From an uncultured Planctomycetota bacterium (GTDB lineage: Bacteria > Planctomycetota > Planctomycetia > Isosphaerales > Isosphaeraceae): a DNA stretch of 64,000 bases. The translations under genes were made by a program, and so were the position numbers. The first letter of the stretch is position 1, and every line of letters starts with the position of its first letter. The stretch is taken from NCBI GenBank assembly GCA_963823665.1, contig CAWGMQ010000010.1, forward strand, positions 2,592,001 through 2,656,000. The letters run 5' to 3'. Positions 52,744 to 63,918 of this stretch are shown in pieces. The notes beneath the pieces were generated by a model, which was not told the origin of the DNA, searched no databases, and saw only the letters and a list, made by a program, of their open reading frames with translations.

Positions 52744-53652
52744 GGGGTGTACCTCAGGCCAAAGAGCGCGCACCCCGAAAGACCCAGGAGCGACAGACCC
52801 GCGATGCACACCGGCACAAAGTTGTCCAGGAGCTCCGACGCCGTCTTCTCGAGCTTCGTCTCGCGCATGGCGTCGATTCGCTGAAATACAACTGTGAGAG
52901 CACCGGGATCATCCACCGCAAAGACCTCGCCGCCGGTGAGCGCGGTGACGTTCACGATCGTCGGCGGCGCGGGCCGGTCCGAAATGTGGATCGCGTAGAC
53001 GGCGATGTTGCTGCGCTTCAGCGTCTGGGCGATTGACTCGTCGTTGCCGCCGGCCAGGTCGAAGCTCTCACCATCGGATACCAGAATGATCATCCGGTCG
53101 CCCTCCTCGCGACTGGTCAAGATCTCTTTGCAGGCCAGGAGGGCCTTGCCGATCATTGTCCCCCCCATCCAGTAGGGTACGTTTTCCGGCTTCATGAACG
53201 GAGGCGCGCAGCGGATCGCCGAGGGATCACTCGTGAGCGGCACCCAGTGCAGCACGTTGTTGCCGAAAAACGTCAGCCCGAACGCGTCTCCTTTGCGAAT
53301 GTCAAGGAAGCTGTCGATGGCCTTCATCGAGCCGTCATAGCGCGTGCCGTCGCCCAAGGGCGACATCATGCTGCTCGAGACGTCGACACAGAATTCGATA
53401 TTCGTGAGCACACGCTTCGTTCGCGGGGCGCTCAACTTCTGCGGTCCGGCCAGGAGCACGATGACCACGGCCAGGATCAGGGCCGGCATCGATCTCGGCG
53501 ATGCCCAGCGTCACCGCCCAGCCTCGGCCGCGGGATTGGCCGCCGTGATCCAGCGGCAGCGCGATCCGCCCACTCTCGCGCCGCCAGACCCACGCAATCA
53601 AAAGCACCGGCGCGGCCAGGAACGCGAGCACGGAGGGATAGGCGAAGCTCAT
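52737..53652 (-). CDS. VWA-domain membrane protein (BatA-like; frameshift near 53490)
   Basis: MSFAYPSVL BatA-type N-terminus; VDVSSSM, GGTMIG, LVSDGE. Confidence 0.88.
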
Positions 53653-54546
53653 CGTGTGTGCTCCTTGATCGCACTCGATCCTGCTTCCGGCCGGGCCGAA
53701 GCGGGCGCCGCCTCTTCGAGCTCGTCGGCCGCGATCGCTTGATACGGCTTCAAAAGGGCCGTGACGTCGACCGGCCCGGCGGTTCCGGCCGGCCGATGCA
53801 GCCAGTCTTCGAGCCGGCGCAAGAGCGGGCCTGCCTCGTCGTGATTTCGCAGCAGCGTGATGAGCTTCGCCGGCGGCGCGTCTTCCAGCTTGAGCCGGCG
53901 GCGCCAGTAGCCGATCAAGAGTCGCTCGAGCTCCGCTTGCTCGCCGGCGCCGAGCTCACCGGCGACAGCCTCGTCGACCAGCGGTTTGAGACGGTCGGCC
54001 AGCGTCAAGGCGCGGCCTGCGGCCTCGCCCGAAGCGACGCGTTTCCCTCGGCGGACAAGCAGAATCGCCGCCAGCCCCAAAAGCCACGCCACGCCGCCGA
54101 TCAGCATGTAGAGGCGATACCCTCCCAGCCACGGCGATTCAGAAAGCGAAAGTGGATGCGGCTCGAGCTGACCTGGCGGGAGGAGCGGTTCGATCAGCAC
54201 GGGAATCGGCGGCAAGCCGGCTGTCGATGAGCCGTCTTTGCGCCGCAAGCAAGTCTTTGAGGTCATACGTACCCGGATCAAGGCCGTAATAGACGAAGTC
54301 GTAGCGAAACGCCGTACCGTGAGGATAGACACCCAGGATCCGGAGCACGATCGGTGCCCGGCGGTCATCAATCGGACGCACCTCCAGCTCACTTCCCGGC
54401 AGCACACGCTGCTCGATCCGCGCGGGCATGCCGACCGTCGACTTTGACGCTGGCGGCGCATCGTCGGCATGCGCGGCCGGCGCGGCAAGGAGCGCGATCA
54501 GCAGCAGTCGCATCGACCATCCGTGCCTTGAGACGGTTTGCTTCAT
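53649..54546 (-). CDS. Exported/membrane hypothetical protein of the MoxR-DUF58-VWA operon (frameshift near 54250)
   Basis: Signal peptide, YGLDPGTYDL, TM helix and helical C-terminus; ORFs 54139..54546 and 53649..54488. Confidence 0.75.
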
Positions 54547-54548
54547 TG

Positions 54549-55430
54549 TTAGCGAGCTCCTTTGCCAATCAAGCCGCGAAGCTTGAAAAACTGGCGGAGC
54601 TGTGAGACGAACGGCTGATCGGTCGGGATCAGCAGATAGTCGACGCCGGCCCGCTTGAGCTCGCGCTGGGCCAATGCCGGGTCGGTGCCGCGAAGCTGGC
54701 CGCGAATGACGAACTGACGTCCGGTTTCCGCCTCGCGGGCCCGGACAAACCCCACACCGCGCAGCCGGTCTTCGGCGGGATCGCGCAGTTGCAGCACGAC
54801 GCAGTCATGCTCCTGCGAGATCCGCTTGAGCGCAAGAACGGCAGTGGGATCGTGCAGATCGGAAAGCACGATGACCAGCACCCGTTGGGGGAGGCTCGGC
54901 GTCAGCTCAAACAAGCGCGAGCCGAGCGATGTGGACTCGTCGTAGCGATACGTGCGGAGCGTGTGCAGCCACTGGAGGATCTGGTCTTTTGAGAGGCTCG
55001 GCCGCACGTGCAAATTCTGGCCGCCCACTCCCAGCATACCAACCGGGCTGATCCGATCCAGGCACGCCAGGGCCAGGCCGCCGGCGATGAAGACCGCTGT
55101 CTCGTACTTGCTGGGGTGGTGCGAGCTGATGGTCATCGAGGCCGACGTGTCGACCAGCAGGTAGACCGGCATTCGCTTGGGCGCTTCATATTCCTTGACG
55201 TGGACCTTGCGGGTGCGAGCGGTCACGCGCCAGTCGATGAGCTTGATCGGATCGCCATACTGGTACGGCCGCGACTGCACGTATTCGACCCCGGCTCCCA
55301 GAAACGGCGAATGGTCCGTGCCGTAGCTCAGTCCGTCAGCAAGCCTCTTGACGGCCAGATAGAACTGCCGGGAGTCGAGGACGTCGTGATGTTCGATTCG
55401 GCCTTGCACGGCAGATCCCAGTTGCAACAT
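54549..55430 (-). CDS. DUF58 domain protein
   Basis: G.GVEY..SRPYQYGD..KLIDWRVTAR..VKEYE, LVDTSASM, VLSDL. Confidence 0.93.
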   Translation of the reverse strand: MLQLGSAVQGRIEHHDVLDSRQFYLAVKRLADGLSYGTDHSPFLGAGVEYVQSRPYQYGDPIKLIDWRVTARTRKVHVKEYEAPKRMPVYLLVDTSASMTISSHHPSKYETAVFIAGGLALACLDRISPVGMLGVGGQNLHVRPSLSKDQILQWLHTLRTYRYDESTSLGSRLFELTPSLPQRVLVIVLSDLHDPTAVLALKRISQEHDCVVLQLRDPAEDRLRGVGFVRAREAETGRQFVIRGQLRGTDPALAQRELKRAGVDYLLIPTDQPFVSQLRQFFKLRGLIGKGAR

Positions 55431-55459
55431 GAAAGATCAGAATGATTCGTCGACCGCCC

Positions 55460-56591
55460 TTACCCTGTTTCTCCCACAGAGCGGATGCGCTCAGCGGGCT
55501 CGGCCATTCGTGAGCAGGCCGGCTGTCGAGAGCGACTGGGCGCACGACCCGGGCCCGCGCCGAATGGCCCCAGTATCTCGCGCAGGAGCGAGGCGCCCGT
55601 GAGTCCGTCAGCAAGCGCTTCATACGTCAAGCGGATGCGATGAAGGATGACGTCTTCAGCCAGGGCAAACAGGTCTTCCGGAATGACGTAATTGCGGCCA
55701 TGGATCGAGCGCTCGAGCGCGCGAGCCTTTGATCAGCGCGATGCCGGCCCGCGGGCTCGCCCCCAGCTCGATGCGCGGGTGGTTCCGCGTGCGACCAACG
55801 ATTTCAACGACATGGTCGGTGAAGGTCTCGCTCACATAGACGTTGTGGACTGCCTCCATGGCGCGAACAAGCTCTTCAGTCGTGGCGATCGGCCCCCCTT
55901 CGAGCACGTCGAATTCGGTGCGGGCAACTGCTCCGCGGTCTTCGCGGCGAATGCCGAGCGAAGCGTTCCGCCGCAAGATTTCCTTCTCCTCGGCTGGCTC
56001 GGGATAGACCAGGCGGTGGCAGAGCATGAACCGGTCAAGCTGCGCCTCGGGCAGCTCGAATGTGCCGCTCTGTTCGATCGGATTCTGGGTGGCAATCACC
56101 ACGAATGGCGCGGGCAGCTTGAACGTCTCGTTGCCGATCGTCACCCTGCGCTCTTGCATGGCTTCGAGCAACGCGCTCTGGACCTTCGGGGCCGCGCGGT
56201 TGATCTCGTCTGCCAGCAACAGGTTCGTGAAGATCGGCCCCTTGTGCACCCGGAAGTCATTGCTGCGCTGATCCAGGATCTCCGACCCGATGATGTCTGA
56301 AGGGAGCAGGTCAACCGTGAACTGGATTCGCGCGAAATGAAGGTCGATCGTCTTCGAGAGAACCGCGACCAGCAGCGTCTTGGCCAGGCCGGGCACGCCT
56401 TGAAGCAGCAGGTGGCCGCCCGTGAAAAGTGCGACCAGCAGCCGCTCGACCACCACGTCCTGGCCGACGACCACTGTCCCGACGCGCTCGCGCACCGAGC
56501 GGATGAATTCGAGCGTCTCTGCGGGAATCAAGCCCGAGCCGTGATCGATGCCCTCGCGGTGTTCAGCGGATTCTGTGGTCTTGTGATCCAC
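55460..56591 (-). CDS. moxR: MoxR family AAA+ ATPase (frameshift near 55710)
   Basis: HLLLQGVPGLAKT, RIQFT.DLLPSD, LADEINRA.PKVQSALLEAMQE, ATQNPIEQ.GTF.LPEAQLDRF, GASPR. Confidence 0.93.
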
Positions 56592-56668
56592 GAGGACTTC
56601 CCTTCGGCGGGTTATTCGACCGTGACCGAATCGATCAAAGTGCGGCTTCGAGCCGTTTCTATCCCATA

Positions 56669-59114
56669 CTATTGGGGCGGTTGCAAGTTCATGCAAGTGT
56701 TTTCTCTGCATTCTCTCGGAGTGCGCTGCATCTGCGAAGACGGCCTATTTCTGAGCTTGCGCGGTGTTAGAGTCGCGCGCGAAGACATGCCTTCGACTTC
56801 CCACACGACGATTCGTCCGTCTCCCAGACCGGCTGCGAGCAGAGAGCGCGACCGCAGAGTGAAGGCGGCAAGTGATTGCACAGAACCGGAAGAAGTGAAT
56901 TGACACAACTTGCGACTGCGGCCGGTCTCGATTGTCCGGACTTCCCAGAGACAGACCCGACCGTCATCGCCGCCGCTGGCCAAACCCACGCCTTCACCAC
57001 ACCACTCCAGGGCCGGTACGAAGCCGCCGTGTTCGAGCGTCAGCCGGGGCTCGCAGGTTTCCAGGTCCCACAGCCGCACCTGGCCGTCGTCGCCGCTGCT
57101 GGCCAGGCGAGCACCCTCGCCGCACCACGCCAGAGTCCTGACCCAGGCACCATGGTTGAAAGTCACCTGCGGCAAACGACTCTCGAGGTCCCACAAGCAG
57201 ACGCGGCCGTCTTCCGCCCCGCTGGCCAGACCTCATCCTTCGCACGACGCAAGAGCAATGCCCCGGGAGCCAAGCTTTCCGAGCTCCCAGCAGGAACCGG
57301 ATCGCGGGCTGCAGATGCGAATTGAACGCGATTCGTCGGCGAAAGCGATGTCTCCGTTATTCAAATCGGTCATCGCGGTCACGGCGGAATGCGTCTTGAA
57401 AAGCGCGAGCCGGGCGCCTGGCCTTCCTGCGACAAGCCGCAACCAGGCGCGCGACGTGGCCGCCAGACCGTCGCTCAATCTTAGCGCGAAAGCCCGCGCG
57501 GGATCGCTTTGGCTCTGGTACAGACAAGCGTAGGCTTGCGCCGGCAGCTCCTCGGGTGAGCTACTGTAGAACGAGCCGCGGTCTACCATCATGCGATGGA
57601 GCGCCGTCGCAACCGCTGAGCGGCCGCTGTCGCCGCGCGAGCGACTCGAGCAGCCTGCTCCACTCCACCGGCGCGTCGTCCACCAGGAGGAACGCCATCA
57701 GCAAGGATTCGATCTGTTCCGGCGTGAGCAATCCTCCGAGGAATTCGAGAGCGCAAAACCATCCCGAGGGATCCGCACGGACGCTCGCAACGACCTCGTG
57801 CGCCCATCGCGGGTCGAGGTCTTCCGCCATGCGCACCGCCTCCAGGCCGAGATGCGCATGAAGGTCTCGCGCCTGGAAGTAATCGAGAAACGAGTCATGC
57901 ACCAAGGCCATCCGCGCCGGGCCGGACCGCATTTCCCCCGTCTGGTGCGGCGACATGCCGTGCCGGCGTTCTTGCCCGGCGAGCAGCTCTTCGGTCACAA
58001 CCCCGTAGAGGTCGGCCAGAGACTCCACCTGGCTCATCCGCCCGGCGTCGAGCACTGCGAACAGGTGCATGACCAGCGGCGTCGAGATCAGCCCGCCTTT
58101 TCCTCGACCGTGGCGCGAGAGGAAACGCTCGAGCTTGGCGCACTCGGCATCGACGTCGCGGTCGGTCCGGCTGCGACCCAGCTCGCTATCGACCTGCTGC
58201 TCGAACCGCCGGTAACGACGAAGGTAGCCGACGGCCCGGCCGGGCTCGATCGTCGCCAGGTCGTAGGCTCGGAAGACCGGCTCCGCGAGGGCGCCCAGGA
58301 TGTCGTCCCCGTCCTGGCTCGAGCGGTACGCGGCAACGCAACGGACTCGATCGGCGTTTGTAGCTTGAAAGAGACGGAGCGACCTGGCCACGGCGTAGCG
58401 CACCGCCTCGGAGGAAATCTCGTTGAGGTCGATGAAGATCACGAGTCGGAGTCCGTCGGCCAGTTCACGCGAAATCAGCCCACTATTACCCGCGTCGAGC
58501 CCTGCCGCCTGTGCGAGCAGCTCGTGGACGATGAGCGGGCCCGCGACTTGATCGGCATCCTCCAGGGCGAGCTCCGGGGCGGTCCTCTCTTCGTCTTCCA
58601 GCTCGGCGAGCGCCTGTATGCAGGAAGCGCTCGTCCGCAGCCGAACAGGGAGCCACTTTGGCTCCGCCGAACGGACCGAGGGACCACCGCAGATAGAAAG
58701 CGCGCTCGCCACATCACGAAAAGCCCGAATCGCGGCCAGCGTCTTGCCCGCGCCCGCTGGCGCGGCGAGCGCGATCCCCGCCGGTTGGCCCGCCGGCACC
58801 GGGGCTTGCAACGCCAAGGTCAACGAGCTCCAGCCCCGAGCGCCTTTCACCTTTTGGACCGGCTCGAGGGATAGGGGCAAGTGGAGCTGGTCGTCGCACT
58901 CGCCAATACCGAAGAACTGGTCGAGCAATCTCCGCCGATCCCCGTCGGAAACCACGCAACCGAACCCGGCCAGTCGATCGAGAATTGCCTGCACAGGCAA
59001 GTCTTCGCCCGCACAACCGTGCTCGGCCGCGATGTGGGCGCCAAAAAAGGCCGGGCAATATTCGGCGGTAGGGGACGGACCTTCCTCGGGATGCGGTTCC
59101 TTGCTCATCGTCAC
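56669..59114 (-). pseudogene. NACHT/STAND NTPase with APAF1-like helical linker and WD40 repeats, fragmented and apparently internally shortened
   Basis: APAGAGKT Walker A, VIFID-LNE degenerate Walker B, STPLVMHL, HDSFLDYF (57561..59114); PEELPAQ..WLR linker (57233..57592); LASSGDDGQVRLWD WD40 repeats (56669..57196). Confidence 0.7.
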
Positions 59115-59384
59115 TCACCATTCGCGCTTCGGCGCGCCGCGGATATCGAGCGTTGAAAGCGAACCACGCGGCGTGTGGAGCGGCGGACCGAACGTCCGGA
59201 TCGATCGAAACAATATGACTGTCCCAGCGCCTACCGGCAACCAGCCGCCGCGGCCGTCGCCACACTTGAAAAGTAAATCGCGAAGCCGCAGTCAGATATC
59301 GGGAGCAGTGCTGTAGAAGAGTCGGCGGAGGTCCGAACGTCGCGGACGTGCTTCACAACCTCTGAAAAAGGGAAAGAGTGCCCC

Positions 59385-60524
59385 ATGTCTCACAGCCATA
59401 ATAAGTTACGTCAGCTCGTGAAGCTGGCCGTTGCCTTGGCAATCGTCATCGAATGGGCCGCCGTTGGGGAGAGCCGGGCCGACGAGACGCAATATGAGCG
59501 CGCGCTGCCGTCGGTCGCGCTCGTGATGTCACCTCATCCCGGCTCGGACCAGGCCAGTATCGGCACAGGCGCACTGCTGGAGGTCCGGCGGAAGCTGATC
59601 CTGACGGCGTATCACGTAGTGGGTGAGCGAGCCGCAGTGGTCGTATTCTTCCCGCACACTGAAGCGGGAAAGACGATCTCGGACCCGAACTACTACCTGG
59701 CTCGACGCCAGGAGCTCGGTATCATCGGAACTGTCATCGCGAAAGATCGGGGGCGTGACCTGGGGCTGATCGAGCTTGAGAGGCTGCCGGCGGGTGCGAA
59801 AGCCATGCCACTTGCCGCGTCCAGTGCCAAACCGGGGGAGACGATCTTCACGATCGGCAACTCGGGAATAGCAGCCGGTGTCTTGTGGAGGTTCATGGAC
59901 GGGAAAGTCCGTCAAGTCTATGCAGGAACGAAAGGTCTCGACACGGGAGTCGAATTGATCGCACGGTTTGTCGAAATGACTGTTCCGATCAACGAAGGCG
60001 ACAGCGGTGGCCCGCTGATCAACGGCGCCGGTGAGCTCGTGGCGATCACCTGCGGCGGGAATCAGAAGCAGGAATTGGTGCAATACGGTATTGATGTTGA
60101 GGAGATCCAGGCAATGCTTGGACATCATCTCCCGATGAACGGCCGGCTGGATTCAGTCGCCCAGCGGGAGCGCACCAAAGAACGCTCGTCCCGCCTATCC
60201 TACGGCGACGCCGATTATGTGCCGGGCCCACCTTCAGACTTCGCGAAGTTCTACCGGCCGAGAACGGAGATCAACGGCACGCAAGAACCCGCGGCGAGGT
60301 CGCCGCGACCCGCGACAAGATGGTCGATCCCGACGGACTGGTCCGCTTCCCGGCCGGCTTTCGGGCTTGATGCTCCGGGAGCCCGTCAGATCGGGGGCAT
60401 GCGTCCGTCGATCTGGGACGAAGTTTACAGCGGCAGCCCTTTCACTGGCTCTGCCAGTCGGTGGCGCAGCTCACTCGAACGTGATATTACGGGGACGGGC
60501 AATGCAACCGCGCGAGGACAGTGA
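59385..60524 (+). CDS. Exported trypsin-like (S1, Trypsin_2) serine protease
   Basis: Signal peptide; LTAYHV (His), DLGLIEL (Asp), GDSGGP (Ser). Confidence 0.9.
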   Translation: MSHSHNKLRQLVKLAVALAIVIEWAAVGESRADETQYERALPSVALVMSPHPGSDQASIGTGALLEVRRKLILTAYHVVGERAAVVVFFPHTEAGKTISDPNYYLARRQELGIIGTVIAKDRGRDLGLIELERLPAGAKAMPLAASSAKPGETIFTIGNSGIAAGVLWRFMDGKVRQVYAGTKGLDTGVELIARFVEMTVPINEGDSGGPLINGAGELVAITCGGNQKQELVQYGIDVEEIQAMLGHHLPMNGRLDSVAQRERTKERSSRLSYGDADYVPGPPSDFAKFYRPRTEINGTQEPAARSPRPATRWSIPTDWSASRPAFGLDAPGARQIGGMRPSIWDEVYSGSPFTGSASRWRSSLERDITGTGNATARGQ

Positions 60525-63500
60525 AGAGTTCCACCCACCGCGAGCCCCCAGGTTCCCGGCCTTTGATGGGTTCGAGATCCAGGGCGAGCTCGGACGCGGG
60601 GGCATGGGCATCGTCTACAAGGCCCTTCAGGTCCAGTTGAAGCGGGTTGTGGCGCTGAAAATCATCCGTAGCGGCGAGCTTGCGTCGCCCTCGGAACAGG
60701 CTCGCTTTCTTGCCGAAGCCAAGGCCGTTGCCAAGCTGCTGGACCCACGAATCGTCCAGATCTTTCACGTCGGCGAGGCGCATGGATTGCCGTTCCTGGT
60801 GCTGGAGTACGTTGAGGGGGGAAGCCTGGCAGACCGGCTCAAGCACGGACCGTTGCCGGCCAACGAGGCGGCCAAGCTGGCCGAGACCGTCGCGCGGGCC
60901 GTTCACGTCGCTCACCAGCGCGACATCATCCATCGCGATCTCAAGCCCTCGAACGTGCTCTTGACGACTGACGGCGCACCGAAAATCAGCGATTTCGGGC
61001 TGGCTAAAGCGCTCGGCGATCCCCAGCTTACCGCGAGCCGAGACGCCGTTCTGGGAACGGCCCGGTACATGTCGCCCGAGCAAGCCTGGGGGTTCCACCG
61101 CGCCGGGGAGCTCGGCCCGCCAACCGATGTCTATTCGTTGGGCGCGATTCTCTACGAGCTTCTGACCGGTCAGACCCCGTTCGCAAGCGAATCGGACCTC
61201 GAAGTTCTGGCGCGGCTCTGGTCGGAGGAACCTCAGCCGCCAAGCGCTCTCCGTCCCGGCGTGCCGCGCGACCTGGAGACGATCTGCCTCAAATGTCTCG
61301 AGAAGGAGCCGGCGCGTCGTTACGCGAGTGCCGAAGGCCTGGCGGCAGACCTCGAGAATTATCTTCGCGGCAAACCGATCGAGGCACGCCCGGTGGGGCG
61401 GGCGGAGCGTGTGCTCAAGTGGGCCAGGCGCCACCCGGCGGTCGCGGCGCTTTCTTCGGGACTGGCCACCACGATCGTTGCGAGCTTCGTGGGGCTCTTG
61501 ATCTTTCTCCAGGTCGTGCGCCACGGGAATCAAGACCTCGCGAAGGCTAACATGACGGAACGGGCAGCGACCAAACGGGCGGAGAGCGCGCAAGAGGAAG
61601 CCGAGCGCGGGCTTTACCGTGCGAGGATGAACCTTGCCTCGGTTGCCCTGATCGAGAACGACGGCGCGAAGGCTCGCACGCTGCTGTCGGCGCAGTTCCC
61701 GCGGCCCGGACAGCAGGACTTCCGACGCTGGGAATGGTACGTACAGTGGCGATTGTTGCACCAGGAGCGCCGGGTGCTCCAGACGCCGGGGACTGGAAGG
61801 GCAGCACCGACGCTCGCGTTCTCTCCGAAGGGCCGGACATTGGCGACCGGCTGTCGCGACGGCAGCGTGCTGGTCTGGAACCTGGACAAAGAAGAACGAC
61901 TCACGCTGGTCGATCAAACCCACGTTGCTTCTGAATCGTCGCTCACGCTCGACGGCAAGGCCTTGGAGCTGATCCATCCAACCGCAGTGGTTCCTGAAGT
62001 GGCGTTCTCGCCCGACGCCGAGACCCTTGTTTCGACGGGAAACGACGGGAGGATCAACGTTTGGAACATGAAGACAAATGGTCCGCCGAATCGCATCACT
62101 GGCCCGAAGCGATTGTATATTGCGTTGGCCTACTCACCTGACGGTACTTATCTAGCCACTGCCGGAGCCGACGGCACCGTGCGGCTCTGGGACGTCGCGA
62201 AACAACAAGAGCTTGCCATTCATTTGGAGCAACGGAACACGATCGTCCCCTCGGTGGCGTTCTCCCCGAGTAGCCGATTCGTGGCCTTCTGCGGAATTGA
62301 CGGTTCGGTGCAGCTCGTTGACCTGCAAAACGGCAGGCTGCTTCAGATTGACCTTAAAGTCTTGGCGACTTCGATCGCTTTCTTCCCGAACGGCAAATGG
62401 CTCGCAGTTGCCAACGGGATCTCAGGTCTGCGGCTGTTTGACGAAGAACTTCGGGAAGCGTTCTCCTGGGGCACTACTGATGTCGTCAGCTCCGTGTCCG
62501 TTGCCCGGTCCGGACGCCTGATCGCAATCGGTAAGTCACCCGCCGGCGTCACGGTTTTCGCCGTCTCTGCGAATGCGTCGGGCAGGCCGATCCTGGGCGC
62601 ATCGAAAGATCTTTGGCTGCAGGGAGGGATCGCTTCTTTGGCGTTCAGCGCAGACGACAAGGAGCTGGCAACAATTGACGTTGAAGGCCGATTGACCCTT
62701 TGGCGCACAGACGAGTTGGAGCCACTTCACCTTTCCGGACATGCGACAAAAGGTGCACCATATGATGGAAAGTCCCCGCTTGACTCGGTTGACCAGCTAT
62801 TAACTGACCAAGCGGTCATCACCGTTGCGTACTCGAGCGATCACAAGATTCTGGCCTCGGCTTCGAAAGGATCGATCATCCTCCGCGATGAGACCGGGAA
62901 TGTCCGAACGCATCAGCCCCACGCGGGTCGAACGATGTCCATGGCCCTGTCGCCGGACGGTAAGCTTCTCGCGACAGGAAACGAGCACGGAGTAATCTTG
63001 CTAGCGCGGACTACGGACGGGAAGACACTTCACCTCCTGGCCGAACTGGGAGTGCCATACACTAGCTTGGCGTTCTCCCCCGACGGTGCGACCCTGGCCT
63101 TGGGGTCGGAGGGCGAGACCGGCAGCGTTACGCTCTGGGATCCGAACCTCGGAACGAAATTGCCCCCGCTTCCAAACTGCTCGTTCGACACCGCCGCACT
63201 GGCGTTCTCCGCTGACGGCCGGAACGTGGTGGGTCTCGGCAAGCGCGGGGTGATCCGGATCTGGGATATCGCTGCACGAAAAGAGACCGCCGTCTTGCTC
63301 GATCCGACTGTGGAATTCGCGCGCGTCGCGATGACGCCGGACGGTCGTACGCTGTTCGCGGGAACAGAGGACGGCACAATCCAAGCGTGGGACCTGGCAA
63401 CCCGGCAGTGTTTTGCCGCTGCCCGGGCCCACGCGGGTAGAACCTCTGGAATGGCCGTCTCTGGGGACGGCTCAACCCTGGTGACCTCGGGCGATCGGCG

Positions 63501-63918
63501 TCTCCGGTTTTGGGACACAGCGACGCTGCAAGAACAAGCCTCCATTCAGTGCAGTCACAGCATATTATGCCTCGCCTTTTCCCCGGACGGCCGTACTCTC
63601 TGCGGAGGGGGCGGCGACGGGATTGTGAGGCTCTGGCGCAAGTGCACCGATCAAGAGGTCTATGAGGGCTGCCGGCGTCGCGCCGAGCAGATCCCGACTG
63701 ACGTCGCGGTCCTGGAGGATTTCACCCTCGCATGCTGGTCGCGTTACCTGGACGTGCTACGGGGCGAGAGTGCGCCGCGCGCGGGCGCCGTTCGCGTCCT
63801 TCAGGAGGGGCTCGACCTGCTCGATCGCACGAAAGACGCCGCTAGCTGGGGTGATCGGGCCTACTGGACTCGAACCTTCGAGGCGACCATCGATGAAGCG
63901 AAGCGCCAGCGACTCTGA
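60502..63918 (+). CDS. Ser/Thr protein kinase with TM helix and WD40 beta-propellers
   Basis: LGRGGMGIVY, VALK, HRDLKPSN, DFGLAK, GTARYMSPEQ; TM helix; many AFSPDG..LA WD40 repeats. ATG at 60502 overlaps the protease 3' end. Confidence 0.93.
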   Translation: MQPREDSEEFHPPRAPRFPAFDGFEIQGELGRGGMGIVYKALQVQLKRVVALKIIRSGELASPSEQARFLAEAKAVAKLLDPRIVQIFHVGEAHGLPFLVLEYVEGGSLADRLKHGPLPANEAAKLAETVARAVHVAHQRDIIHRDLKPSNVLLTTDGAPKISDFGLAKALGDPQLTASRDAVLGTARYMSPEQAWGFHRAGELGPPTDVYSLGAILYELLTGQTPFASESDLEVLARLWSEEPQPPSALRPGVPRDLETICLKCLEKEPARRYASAEGLAADLENYLRGKPIEARPVGRAERVLKWARRHPAVAALSSGLATTIVASFVGLLIFLQVVRHGNQDLAKANMTERAATKRAESAQEEAERGLYRARMNLASVALIENDGAKARTLLSAQFPRPGQQDFRRWEWYVQWRLLHQERRVLQTPGTGRAAPTLAFSPKGRTLATGCRDGSVLVWNLDKEERLTLVDQTHVASESSLTLDGKALELIHPTAVVPEVAFSPDAETLVSTGNDGRINVWNMKTNGPPNRITGPKRLYIALAYSPDGTYLATAGADGTVRLWDVAKQQELAIHLEQRNTIVPSVAFSPSSRFVAFCGIDGSVQLVDLQNGRLLQIDLKVLATSIAFFPNGKWLAVANGISGLRLFDEELREAFSWGTTDVVSSVSVARSGRLIAIGKSPAGVTVFAVSANASGRPILGASKDLWLQGGIASLAFSADDKELATIDVEGRLTLWRTDELEPLHLSGHATKGAPYDGKSPLDSVDQLLTDQAVITVAYSSDHKILASASKGSIILRDETGNVRTHQPHAGRTMSMALSPDGKLLATGNEHGVILLARTTDGKTLHLLAELGVPYTSLAFSPDGATLALGSEGETGSVTLWDPNLGTKLPPLPNCSFDTAALAFSADGRNVVGLGKRGVIRIWDIAARKETAVLLDPTVEFARVAMTPDGRTLFAGTEDGTIQAWDLATRQCFAAARAHAGRTSGMAVSGDGSTLVTSGDRRLRFWDTATLQEQASIQCSHSILCLAFSPDGRTLCGGGGDGIVRLWRKCTDQEVYEGCRRRAEQIPTDVAVLEDFTLACWSRYLDVLRGESAPRAGAVRVLQEGLDLLDRTKDAASWGDRAYWTRTFEATIDEAKRQRL

